Assembly (NCBI GenBank): GCA_040954595.2
Contig: CM082585.2
Span: 5,791,808 to 5,855,807 of the forward strand
DNA: 64,000 bases
From: Balanoglossus misakiensis
Taxonomy: Eukaryota > Animalia > Hemichordata
Reading direction: 5' to 3'
A program made the translations under genes and the position numbers. The notes beneath the pieces were generated by a model. It ran no database searches. It worked only from the letters and a program-made list of their open reading frames with translations, and was not told where the DNA came from. Positions 1 through 19,000 of this stretch are shown here, in pieces; the first letter of the stretch is position 1, and every line of letters begins with the position of its first letter.

Positions 1-189
1 TTTGCATGAGCACATATGATCACCACACATGTATATATTTCCAATGTTTGACTTCACGCGATATGTGTTGCTTCTGATACTGGATGTACAATATTTTTGA
101 TGAAATTTTTCTTGGTAAGGTATGATTTTAGTTTTTAGGTTAAATGTTCTGATTAATGAAACTGACGATGTGTGTTCTGTCATCACCAG

Positions 190-5173
<4,984 letters not shown>

Positions 5174-6956
5174 TTTGTCTTTTCACAAAGTTTCAGGTTA
5201 AGAATTATTCTATTGCTGTACATACACTTGTATATATATATATATATATATATTGGTATGTGTGTGTGTTTCTGCAGTTGCTTTAGTTTAATATGTTATA
5301 TGATGGGGTCATATATATAAATGTTTCCAAGAAACATTAGCATCACTCACTTCGGTTTGCCACGTATTTATAATCTGGAAAGGGAACAAGCTGGGCCACC
5401 TCAGTTAGGAAGAAAAATCTCAGGGCAAATATTTCTCTTCAAAGCCTGTTTGCCAATATCTTGTTAATTCTTGTGGACTTTTCAGCAGGGTTTTATCAGC
5501 GTAATCTCCTGTGTTGTGATTGAATTTAATCATCCACACCCTTTGTCTGGTGCTGAAATTACGTCATAAGTTCCACTATACTGCTTGATCATCATTCCAA
5601 TTTGAAATATACGATGTATGAATGAAAAACAAATTAAACATCCTGCAGATAATGACTGTATAAATTGTACAAATAACAAGAACCTGCTGGTGAACTAAAA
5701 GTACTCCATCCAATTATAATACTGCATTTTAGTACGGGTAATTTCGCACACACTGATGTATTTCTTTAAAATGTAGTTTACCTCAGTCACTATACAAGCT
5801 TAACACTGACGGTGCTAGTGGTTGCAAACGAAAGTACACACATCCAGGACATTTCCAGTTGGTTTCATATTGGTTTAAGTAATACACAACAGAGACTGTA
5901 ACCCTTCATTGTTGTTTTACTGCCAAATTTCTTTTATAATGTTATTTAATTCAAATGTATACCTACGCTAATGATATTTTGAAAGTATTGTAAGGATCAT
6001 GATAAGCTTTTGGAGTGGAGTCATATCCCTCATTATGTTGTGGCTGCATGTTGCAGTTTGAACATGTGATATTTAATTGGGTGACACACCTGTTAAGTCG
6101 GCCTCTTTACAAAGAGTACACTACTATCATGGAGTGCATCGCCAATAGATGACAAACTGATGCAAATACAAGTAATATGGCTTGATGTCTTCATCAAAAT
6201 CAATTGTGTCAATTAATGATTGTCTTGTGTATCACATCATGTCATGAGTTTGTTCGTTTTTTCTACACTAAGAACTGTTCATTTTATCTGTGATATCACA
6301 TTCTGTTTTGTTCTTTGCTGGCCACACACACAACACTGTTGGAAAGGTTTCTGCTGTTGTCTTATTGTGTAATAGAGGGACTGGTTTTAGTATACTATTT
6401 TAATGCATGAATTCTTGATTGATGTGGGTTTTTGAAACTGTATAGTCTTACAGTCTGCTATGTGTGGCCACTTGGGAAACCAGTGATATACAGAAAATGT
6501 ATATATCTCAGTCTCTGTATGTATCTTGTGTGTTTTAATTGTGTTCATTTGGTTTCTACACCTTAGAGTTTATACGACCCTGTGAAACAGGTTTGAAATT
6601 TTGTCTACATGAATGTTGTGTGAATATATGTGTGTGAGGGATGGCCACACAAATATGTGCAGCATAAAATAAAATACTGTACATATGAACATTGTGTTTT
6701 TTATACCATCTCTTTAAGCAACAGTTAGATTAGAACCATGTCACCAACGGCATTCACGTCGCATATGAGGTAGAAAAACATAATAATAGCATATCTGATA
6801 CAAATGTATCAAATTGAAGTCTGTATTATAATCATTACAAATTTACGTATAATCTATAGAGGCTTTCAGACAAGTGACTGAGAATGAAATGTAACAAATA
6901 TTATTACCTCAGTGGTAGTATACCTTTTCGCAGAAATTTCCATATTTTATTGTCAA

Positions 6957-6962
6957 AATAAA
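6957..6962 (+). terminator. Candidate poly(A) signal of the ABCC gene (AATAAA; another at ~6668)
   Basis: AATAAA hexamers ending an AT-rich ~1.5-1.8 kb stretch after the stop codon; usage not provable from DNA. Confidence 0.4.
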
Positions 6963-7044
6963 CTTATGTTATTATACTTGATAAGATATATGTCTGCTTG
7001 TTATTGTACAATTAACATTCTAGTTATGCTTGTTATAAAGGTAC

Positions 7045-10000
7045 GTCATTTTTTGATGATTTCCATGAGCTATTACCCATGATTTTTTTCAAAAATCGAC
7101 GAAATTTTGAGATTTCGCACAGTCGAAAAATGGTCATTTTTTGATGATTTTCATGAGCTATAACCCATGATTTTTTTCAAAAATCGACGAAATTTTGAGA
7201 TTTCGCAAAGTCGAAAAATGGTCATTTTTTGATGATTTTCATGAGCTATAACCCATGATTTTGTTCAAAAATCGACGAAATTTTGAGATTTCGCAAAGTC
7301 GAAAATGGTCAATTTTTGATGATTTTCATGAGCTATAACCCATGATTTTGTTCAAAAATCGACGAAATTTTGAGATTTCGCAAAGTCGAAAAATGGTCAT
7401 TTTTTGATGATTTTCATGAGCTATAACCCATGATTTTGTTCAAAAATCGACGAAATTTTGAGATTTCGCAATGTCGAAAAATTGTCATTTCTTGATGATT
7501 TTCATGAGCTATAACCCATGATTTTTTTCAAAAATCGACGAAATTTTGAGATTTCGCAAAGTCGCAAAATTGTCATTTTTTGATGATTTTCATGATCTAT
7601 AACCCATGATTTTTTTTCAAAAATCGACGAAATTTTGAGATTCGCAAAGTCGAAAAATTGTCATTTTTTGATGATTTTCATGAGCTATAACCCATGATTT
7701 TTTCCAAAAATCGGCGAAATTTTGAGATTTCGCAAAGTCGAAAAATGGTCATTTTTTGATGATTTTCATGAGCTATAACCCATGATTTTGTTCAAAAGTC
7801 GACGAAATTTTGAGATTTCGCAAAGTCGAAAAATGGTATTTTTTTGATGATTTTCATGAGCTATAACCCATGATTTTTTTCAAAAATCGACGAAATTTTG
7901 AGATTTCGCAAAGTCGCAAAATTGTCATTTTTTGATGATTTTCATGAGCTATAACCCATGATTTTTTTCAAAAATCGACGAAATTTTGAGATTTCGCAAA
8001 GTCGAAAAATTGTCATTTTTTGATGATTTTCATGAGCTATAACCCATGATTTTTTCCAAAAATCGGCGAAATTTTGAGATTTCGCAAAGTCGAAAAATGG
8101 TCATTTTTTGATGATTTTCATGAGCTATAACCCATGATTTTGTTCAAAAGTCGACGAAATTTTGAGATTTCGCAAAGTCGAAAAATGGTATTTTTTTGAT
8201 GATTTTCATGAGCTATAACCCATGATTTTGTTCAAAAGTCGACGAAATTTTGAGATTTCGCAAAGTCGAAAAATGGTATTTTTTTGATGATTTTCATGAG
8301 CTATAACCCATGATTTTGTTGAAAAATCGACGAAATTTTGAGATTTCGCAAAGTCGAAAAATTGTCATTTTTTGATGATTTTCATGAGCTATAACCCATG
8401 ATTTTTTTCAAAAATCAACGAAATTTTGAGATTTCGCAATGTCGAAAAATTGTCATTTTTTGATGATTTTCATGAGCTATAACCCATGATTTTTTTCAAA
8501 AATCGACGAAATTTTGAGATTTCGCAAAGTCGCAAAATTGTCATTTTTTGATGATTTTCATGAGCTATAACCCATGATTTTTTTCAAAAATCGACTAAAT
8601 TTTGAGATTTCGCAAAGTCGAAAAATTGTCATTTTTTGATGATTTTCATGAGCTATAACCCATGATTTTTTTCAAAAATCGACGAAATTTTGAGATTTCG
8701 CAAAGTCGAAAAATTGTCATTTTTTGATGATTTTCATGAGCTATAACCCATGATTTTTTCCAAAAATCGGCGAAATTTTGAGATTTCGCAAAGTCGAAAA
8801 ATGGTATTTTTTTGATGATTTTCATGAGCTATAACCCATGATTTTGTTGAAAAATCGACGAAATTTTGAGATTTCGCAAAGTCGAAAAATGGTCATTTTT
8901 TGATGATTTTCATGAGCTATAACCCATGATTTTTTTCAAAAGTCGACGAAATTTTGAGATTTCGCAAAGTCGAAAAATGGTATTTTTTTGATGATTTTCA
9001 TGAGCTATAACCCATGATTTTGTTGAAAAATCGACGAAATTTTGAGATTTCGCAAAGTCGAAAAATGGTCATTTTTTGATGATTTTCATGAGCTATAACC
9101 CATGATTTTTTTCAAAAATCGACGAAATTTTGAGATTTCGCAAAGTCGAAAAATTGACATTTTTTGATGATTTTCATGAGCTATAACCCATGATTTTGTT
9201 GAAAAATCGACGAAATTTTGAGATTTCGCAAAGTCGAAAAATGGTCATTTTTTGATGATTTTCATGAGCTATAACCCATGATTTTTTTCAAAAATCGACG
9301 AAATTTTGAGATTTCGCAAAGTCGAAAAATGGTCATTTTTTGATGATTTTCATGAGCTATAACCCATGATTTTGTTCAAAAGTCGACGAAATTTTGAGAT
9401 TTCGCAAAGTCGAAAAATGGTATTTTTTTGATGATTTTCATGAGCTATAACCCATGATTTTGTTGAAAAATCGACGAAATTTTGAGATTTCGCAAAGTCG
9501 AAAAATGGTCATTTTTTGATGATTTTCATGAGCTATAACCCATGATTTTTTTCAAAAATCGACGAAATTTTGAGATTTCGCAAAGTCGAAAAATTGACAT
9601 TTTTTGATGATTTTCATGAGCTATAACCCATGATTTTGTAGAAAAATCGACGAAATTTTGAGATTTCGCGAAGTCGAAAAATGGTCATTTTTTGATGATT
9701 TTCATGAGCTATAACCCATGATTTTTTTCAAAAATCGACGAAATTTTGAGATTTCGCAAAGTCGAAAAATGGTCATTTTTTGATGATTTTCATGAGCTAT
9801 AACCCATGATTTTGTTCAAAAGTCGACGAAATTTTGAGATTTCGCAAAGTCGAAAAATGGTATTTTTTTGATGATTTTCATGAGCTATAACCCATGATTT
9901 TGTTGAAAAATCGACGAAATTTTGAGATTTCGCAAAGTCGAAAAATGGTCATTTTTTGATGATTTTCATGAGCTATAACCCATATTTTTTTCAAAAATCG

Positions 10001-13000
10001 ACGAAATTTTGAGATTTCGCAAAGTCGAAAAATTGACATTTTTTGATGATTTTCATGAGCTATAACCCATGATTTTTTTCAAAAATCGACGAAATTTTGA
10101 GATTTCGCAATGTCGAAAAATTGTCATTTTTTGATGATTTTCATGAGCTATAACCCATGATTTTTTTCAAAAATCGACTAAATTTTGAGATTTCGCAAAG
10201 TCGCAAAATTGTAATTTTTTGATGATTTTCATGAGCTATAACCCATGATTTTTTTCAAAAATCGACGAAATTTTGAGATTTCGCAAAGTCGAAAAATTGT
10301 CATTTTCTGATGATTTTCATGAGCTATAACCCATGATTTTTTCCAAAAATTGGCGAAATTTTGAGATTTCGCAAAGTCGAAAAATGGTATTTTTTTGATG
10401 ATTTTCATGAGCTATAACCCATGATTTTGTTGAAAAATCGACGAAATTTTGAGATTTCGCAAAGTCGAAAAATGGTCATTTTTTGATGATTTTCATGAGC
10501 TATAACCCATGATTTTTTTCAAAAATCGACGAAATTTTGAGATTTCGCAAAGTCGAAAAATGGTCATTTTTTGATGATTTTCATGAGCTATAACCCATGA
10601 TTTTTTTTAAAAAATCGACGAAATTTTGAGATTTCGCAAAGTCGAAAAATTGACATTTTTTGATGATTTTCATGAGCTATAACCCATGATTTTTTTCAAA
10701 AATCGACGAAATTTTGAGATTTCGCAATGTCGAAAAATTGTCATTTTTTGATGATTTTCATGAGCTATAACCCATGATTTTTTTCAAAAATCGACTAAAT
10801 TTTGAGATTTCGCAAAGTCGCAAAATTGTCATTTTTTGATGATTTTCATGAGCTATAACCCATGATTTTTTTCAAAAATCGACGAAATTTTGAGATTTCG
10901 CAAAGTCGAAAAATTGTCATTTTCTGATGATTTTCATGAGCTGTAACCCATGATTTTTTCCAAAAATCGGCGAAATTTTGAGATTTCGCAAAGTCGAAAA
11001 ATGGTATTTTTTTGATGATTTTCATGAGCTATAACCCATGATTTTGTTGAAAAATCGACGAAATTTTGAGATTTCGCAAAGTCGAAAAATGGTCATTTTT
11101 TGATGATTTTCATGAGCTATAACCCATGATTTTTTTCAAAAATCGACGAAATTTTGAGATTTCGCAAAGTCGAAAAATTGACATTTTTTGATGATTTTCA
11201 TGAGCTATAACCCATGATTTTTTTCAAAAATCGACGAAATTTTGAGATTTCGCAAAGTCGAAAAATTGTCATTTTTTGATGATTTTCATGAGCTATAACC
11301 CATGATTTTTTCCAAAAATCGGCGAAATTTTGAGATTTCGCAAAGTCGAAAAATGGTCATTTTTTGATGATTTTCATGAGCTATAACCCATGATTTTGTG
11401 CAAAAGTCGACGAAATTTTGAGATTTCGCAAAGTCGAAAAATGGTCATTTTTTGATGATTTTCATGAGCTATAACCCATGATTTTGTTGAAAAATCGACG
11501 AAATTTTGAGATTTCGTAAAGTCGAAAAATAGTCATTTTTTGATGATTTTCATGAGCTATAACCCATGATTTTTTTCAAAAATCGACGAAATTTTGAGAT
11601 TTCGCAAAGTCGAAAAATGGTCGTTTTTTGATGATTTTCATGAGCTATAACCCATGATTTTGTTCAAAAATCGACGAAATTTTGAGATTTCGCAAAGTCG
11701 AAAATGGTCAATTTTTGATGATTTTCATGAGCTATAACCCATGATTTTGTTCAAAAATCGACGAATTTTTGAGATTTCGCAAAGTCGAAAAATGGTCATT
11801 TTTTGATGATTTTCATGAGCTATAACCCATGATTTTTTTCAAAAATCGACGATATTTTGAGATTTCGCAAAGTCGCAAAATTGTCATTTTTTGATGATTT
11901 TCATGAGCTATAACCCATGATTTTTTTCAAAAATCGACGAAATTTTGAGATTTCGCAAAGTCGAAAAATTGTCATTTTTTGATGATTTTCATGAGCTATA
12001 ACCCATGATTTTTTCCAAAAATCGGCGAAATTTTGAGATTTCGCAAAGTCGAAAAATGGTCATTTTTTGATGATTTTCATGAGCTATAACCCATGATTTT
12101 GTTCAAAAGTCGACGAAATTTTGAGATTTCGCAAAGTCGAAAAATGGTATTTTTTTGATGATTTTCATGAGCTATAACCCATGATTTTGTTGAAAAATCG
12201 ACGAAATTTTGAGATTTCGCAAAGTCGAAAAATGGTCATTTTTTGATGATTTTCATGAGCTATAACCCATGATTTTTTTCAAAAATCGACGAAATTTTGA
12301 GATTTCGCAAAGTCGAAAAATGGTCATTTTTTGATGATTTTCATGAGCTATAACCCATGATTTTTTTCAAAAGTCGACGAAATTTTGAGATTTCGCAAAG
12401 TCGAAAAATGGTATTTTTTTGATGATTTTCATGAGCTATAACCCATGATTTTGTTGAAAAATCGACGAAATTTTGAGATTTCGCAAAGTCGAAAAATGGT
12501 CATTTTTTGATGATTTTCATGAGCTATAACCCATGATTTTTTTCAAAAATCGACGAAATTTTGAGATTTCGCAAAGTCGAAAAATTGACATTTTTTGATG
12601 ATTTTCATGAGCTATAACCCATGATTTTGTTGAAAAATCGACGAAATTTTGAGATTTCGCAAAGTCGAAAATGGTCAATTTTTGATGATTTTCATGAGCT
12701 ATAACCCATGATTTTGTTCAAAAATCGACGAATTTTTGAGATTTCGCAAAGTCGAAAAATGGTCATTTTTTGATGATTTTCATGAGCTATAACCCATGAT
12801 TTTTTCCAAAAATCGGCGAAATTTTGAGATTTCGCAAAGTCGAAAAATGGTATTTTTTTGATGATTTTCATGAGCTATAACCCATGATTTTGTTGAAAAA
12901 TCGACGAAATTTTGAGATTTCGCAAAGTCGAAAAATGGTCATTTTTTGATGATTTTCATGAGCTATAACCCATGATTTTTTTCAAAAATCGACGAAATTT

Positions 13001-16000
13001 TGAGATTTCGCAAAGTCGAAAAATTGACATTTTTTGATGATTTTCATGAGCTATAACCCATGATTTTTTTCAAAAATCGACGAAATTTTGAGATTTCGCA
13101 AAGTCGAAAAATTGTCATTTTTTGATGATTTTCATGAGCTATAACCCATGATTTTTTCCAAAAATCGGCGAAATTTTGAGATTTCGCAAAGTCGAAAAAT
13201 GGTCATTTTTTGATGATTTTCATGAGCTATAACCCATGATTTTGTGCAAAAGTCGACGAAATTTTGAGATTTCGCAAAGTCGAAAAATGGTCATTTTTTG
13301 ATGATTTTCATGAGCTATAACCCATGATTTTGTTGAAAAATCGACGAAATTTTGAGATTTCGTAAAGTCGAAAAATAGTCATTTTTTGATGATTTTCATG
13401 AGCTATAACCCATGATTTTTTTCAAAAATCGACGAAATTTTGAGATTTCGCAAAGTCGAAAAATGGTCGTTTTTTGATGATTTTCATGAGCTATAACCCA
13501 TGATTTTGTTCAAAAATCGACGAAATTTTGAGATTTCGCAAAGTTGAAAATGGTCAATTTTTGATGATTTTCATGAGCTATAACCCATGATTTTGTTCAA
13601 AAATCGACGAATTTTTGAGATTTCGCAAAGTCGAAAAATGGTCATTTTTTGATGATTTTCATGAGCTATAACCCATGATTTTTTTCAAAAATCGACGATA
13701 TTTTGAGATTTCGCAAAGTCGAAAAATTGTCATTTTTTGATGATTTTCATGAGCTATAACCCATGATTTTTTCCAAAAATCGGCGAAATTTTGAGATTTC
13801 GCAAAGTCGAAAAATGGTCATTTTTTGATGATTTTCATGAGCTATAACCCATGATTTTGTTCAAAAGTCGACGAAATTTTGAGATTTCGCAAAGTCGAAA
13901 AATGGTATTTTTTTGATGATTTTCATGAGCTATAACCCATGATTTTGTTGAAAAATCGACGAAATTTTGAGATTTCGCAAAGTCGAAAAATGGTCATTTT
14001 TTGATGATTTTCATGAGCTATAACCCATGATTTTTTTCAAAAATCGACGAAATTTTGAGATTTCGCAAAGTTTAAAAATTGACATTTTTTGATGATTTTC
14101 ATGAGCTATAACCCATGATTTTTTTCAAAAATCGACGAAATTTTGAGATTTCGCAAAGTCGAAAAATTGTCATTTTTTGATGATTTTCATGAGCTATAAC
14201 CCATGATTTTTTCCAAAATCGGCGAAATTTTGAGATTTCGCAAAGTCGAAAAATGGTCATTTTTTGATGATTTTCATGAGCTATAACCCATGATTTTGTG
14301 CAAAAATCGACGAAATTTTGAGATTTCGCAAAGTCGAAAAATGGTCATTTTTTGATGATTTTCATGAGCTATAACCCATGATTTTGTTGAAAAATCGACG
14401 AAATTTTGAGATTTCGCAAAGTCGAAAATGGTCAATTTTTGATGATTTTCATGAGCTATAACCCATGATTTTGTTCAAAAATCGACGAATTTTTGAGATT
14501 TCGCAAAGTCGAAAAATGGTCATTTTTTGATGATTTTCATGAGCTATAACCCATGATTTTTTTCAAAAATCGACGATATTTTGAGATTTCGCAAAGTCGC
14601 AAAATTGTCATTTTTTGATGATTTTCATGAGCTATAACCCATGATTTTTTTCAAAAATCGACGAAATTTTGAGATTTCGCAAAGTCGAAAAATTGTCATT
14701 TTTTGATGATTTTCATGAGCTATAACCCATGATTTTTTCCAAAAATCGGCGAAATTTTGAGATTTCGCAAAGTCGAAAAATGGTCATTTTTTGATGATTT
14801 TCATGAGCTATAACCCATGATTTTGTTCAAAAGTCGACGAAATTTTGAGATTTCGCAAAGTCGAAAAATGGTATTTTTTTGATGATTTTCATGAGCTATA
14901 ACCCATGATTTTGTTGAAAAATCGACGAAATTTTGAGATTTCGCAAAGTCGAAAAATGGTCATTTTTTGATGATTTTCATGAGCTATAACCCATGATTTT
15001 TTTCAAAAATCGACGAAATTTTGAGATTTCGCAAAGTTTAAAAATTGACATTTTTTGATGATTTTCATGAGCTATAACCCATGATTTTTTTCAAAAATCG
15101 ACGAAATTTTGAGATTTCGCAAAGTCGAAAAATTGTCATTTTTTGATGATTTTCATGAGCTATAACCCATGATTTTTTCCAAAAATCGGCGAAATTTTGA
15201 GATTTCGCAAAGTCGAAAAATGGTCATTTTTTGATGATTTTCATGAGCTATAACCCATGATTTTGTGCAAAAGTCGACGAAATTTTGAGATTTCGCAAAG
15301 TCGAAAAATGGTCATTTTTTGATGATTTTCATGAGCTATAACCCATGATTTTGTTGAAAAATCGACGAAATTTTGAGATTTCGTAAAGTCGAAAAATGGT
15401 CATTTTTTGATGATTTTCATGAGCTATAACCCATGATTTTTTTCAAAAATCGACGAAATTTTGAGATTTCGCAAAGTCGAAAAATGGTCGTTTTTTGATG
15501 ATTTTCATGAGCTATAACCCATGATTTTGTTCAAAAATCGACGAAATTTTGAGATTTCGCAAAGTCGAAAATGGTCAATTTTTGATGATTTTCATGAGCT
15601 ATAACCCATGATTTTGTTCAAAAATCGACGAATTTTTGAGATTTCGCAAAGTCGAAAAATGGTCATTTTTTGATGATTTTCATGAGCTATAACCCATGAT
15701 TTTTTCCAAAAATCGGCGAAATTTTGAGATTTCGCAAAGTCGAAAAATGGTCATTTTTTGATGATTTTCATGAGCTATAACCCATGATTTTGTTCAAAAG
15801 TCGACGAAATTTTGAGATTTCGCAAAGTCGAAAAATGGTATTTTTTTGATGATTTTCATGAGCTATAACCCATGATTTTGTTGAAAAATCGACGAAATTT
15901 TGAGATTTCGCAAAGTCGAAAAATGGTCATTTTTTGATGATTTTCATGAGCTATAACCCATGATTTTTTTCAAAAATCGACGAAATTTTGAGATTTCGCA

Positions 16001-19000
16001 AAGTCGCAAAATTGTCATTTTTTGATGATTTTCATGAGCTATAACCCATGATTTTTTTCAAAAATCGACGAAATTTTTAGATTTCGCAAAGTCGAAAAAT
16101 TGTCATTTTTTGATGATTTTCATGAGCTATAACCCATGATTTTTTCCAAAAATCGGCGAAATTTTGAGATTTCGCAAAGTCGAAAAATGGTCATTTTTTG
16201 ATGATTTTCATGATCTATAACCCATGATTTTGTTCAAAAGTCGACGAAATTTTGAGATTTCGCAAAGTCGAAAAATGGTATTTTTTTGATGATTTTCATG
16301 AGCTATAACCCATGATTTTGTTGAAAAATCGACGAAATTTTGAGATTTCGCAAAGTCGAAAAATGGTCATTTTTTGATGATTTTCATGAGCTATAACCCA
16401 TGATTTTTTTCAAAAATCGACGAAATTTTGAGATTTCGCAAAGTCGAAAAATTGACATTTTTTGATGATTTTCATGAGCTATAACCCATGATTTTTTTCA
16501 AAAATCGACGAAATTTTGAGATTTCGCAAAGTCGAAAAATTGTCATTTTTTGATGATTTTCATGAGCTATAACCCATGGTTTTTTCCAAAAATCGGCGAA
16601 ATTTTGAGATTTCGCAAAGTCGAAAAATGTTCATTTTTTGATGATTTTCATGAGCTATAACCCATGATTTTGTTCAAAATTCGACGAAATTTTGAGATTT
16701 CGCAAAGTCGAAAAATGGTCATTTTTTGATGATTTTCATGAGCTATAACCCATGATTTTGTTCCAAAATCGACAAAATGTTGAGATTTCGCAAAATCGAA
16801 AAATGGTCATTTTTTGATGATTTTCATGAGCTATAACCCATGATTTTGTTCAAAAATCGACGAAATTTTGAGATTTCGCAAAGTCGAAAAATGGTCAATT
16901 TTGATGATTTTCATGAGCTATAACCCATGATTTTGTTCAAAAGTCGACGAAATTTTCAGATTTCGCAAAGTCGAAAAATGGTCATTTTTGATGATTTTCA
17001 TGAGCTATAACCCATGATTTTGTTCAAAATTCGACGAAATTTTGAGATTTCGCAAAGTCGAAAATGGTCAATTTTTGATGATTTTCATGAGCTATAACCC
17101 ATGATTTTGTTCAAAAATCGACGAAATTTTGAGATTTCGCAAAGTCGAAAAATGATCAATTTTTGATGATTTTCATGAGCTATAACCCATGATTTTGTTC
17201 AAAAATCGACAAATTTTTGAGATTTCGCAAAGTCGAAAAATGGTCATTTTTTGATGATTTTCATGAGCTATAACCCATGATTTTGTTCAAAAATCGACAA
17301 ATTTTTGAGATTTCGCAAAGTCGAAAAATGGTCATTTTTTGATGATTTTCATGAGCTATAACCCATGATTTTGTTCAAAAATCGACGAATTTTTGAGATT
17401 TCGCAAAGTCGAAAAATGGTCATTTTTTGATGATTTTCATGAGCTATAACCCATGATTTTTTTCAAAAATCGACGAAATTTTGAGATTTCGCAAAGTCGC
17501 AAAATTGTCATTTTTTGATGATTTTCATGAGCTATAACCCATGATTTTTTTCAAAAATCGACGAAATTTTGAGATTTCGCAAAGTCGAAAAATTGTCATT
17601 TTTTGATGATTTTCATGAGCTATAACCCATGATTTTTTCCAAAAATCGGCGAAATTTTGAGATTTCGCAAAGTCGAAAAATGATCAATTTTTGATGATTT
17701 TCATGAGCTATAACCCATGATTTTGTTCAAAAATCGACAAATTTTTGAGATATCGCAAAGTCGAAAAATGGTCATTTTTTGATGATTTTCATGAGCTATA
17801 ACCCATGATTTTTTTCAAAAATCGACGAAATTTTGAGATTTCGCAAAGTCGAAAAATGGTCATTTTTTGATGATTTTCATGAGCTATAACCCATGATTTT
17901 GTTCAAAAGTCGACGAAATTTTGAGATTTCGCAAAGTCGAAAAATGGTCATTTTTGATGATTTTCATGAGCTATAAACCATGATTTTGTTAAAGAAGTCG
18001 ACGAAATTTTGAGATTTCGCAAAGTCGAAAAATGGTCATTTTTTGATGATTTTCATGAGCTATAACCCATGATTTTGTTAAAGAAGTCGACGAAATTTTC
18101 AGATTTCGCAAAGTCGAAAAATGGTCATTTTTTGATGATTTTCATGAGCTATAACCCATGATTTTTTTCAAAAATCGACGAAATTTTGAGATTTCGCAAA
18201 GTCGAAAAATGGTCAATTTTTGATGATTTTCATGAGCTATAACCCATGATTTTTTTCAAAATTTGACGAAATTTTGAGATTTCGCAAAGTCGAAAAATGG
18301 TCATTTTTGATGATTTTCATGAGCTATAACCCATGATTTTGTTCAAAAATCGACGAAATTTTGAGATTTCGCAAAGTCGAAAATGGTCAATTTTTGATGA
18401 TTTTCATGAGCTATAACCCATGATTTTGTTCAAAAATCGACGAAATTATGAGATTTCGCAAAGTCGAAAAATGATCAATTTTTGATGATTTTCATGAGCT
18501 ATAACCCATGATTTTGTTCAAAAATCGACAAATTTTTGAGATTTCGCAAAGTCGAAAAATGGTCATTTTTTGATGATTTTCATGAGCTATAACCCATGAT
18601 TTTGTTCAAAAATCGACAAATTTTTGAGATTTCGCAAAGTCGAAAAATGGTCATTTTTTGATGATTTTCATGAGCTATAACCCATGATTTTTTTCAAAAA
18701 TCGACGAAATTTTGAGATTTCGCAACGTCGAAAAATGGTCAATTTTTGATGATTTTCATGAGCTATAACCCATGATTTTTTTCAAAATTTGACGAAATTT
18801 TGAGATTTCGCAAAGTCGAAAAATGGTCAATTTTTGATGATTTTCATGAGCTATAACCCATGATTTTTTTCAAAAATCGACGAAATTTTGAGATTTCGCA
18901 AAGTCGAAAAATGGTCAATTTTTTATGATTTTCATGAGCTATAACCCATGATTTTTTTCAAAAATCGACGAAATTTTGAGATTTCGCAAAGTCGAAAAAT

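Noticed and set aside
7113-7130. CENP-B box in the monomer (TTTCGCAAAGTCGAAAA)
   Set aside because: Matches TTCG only; lacks the required A and CGGG positions.
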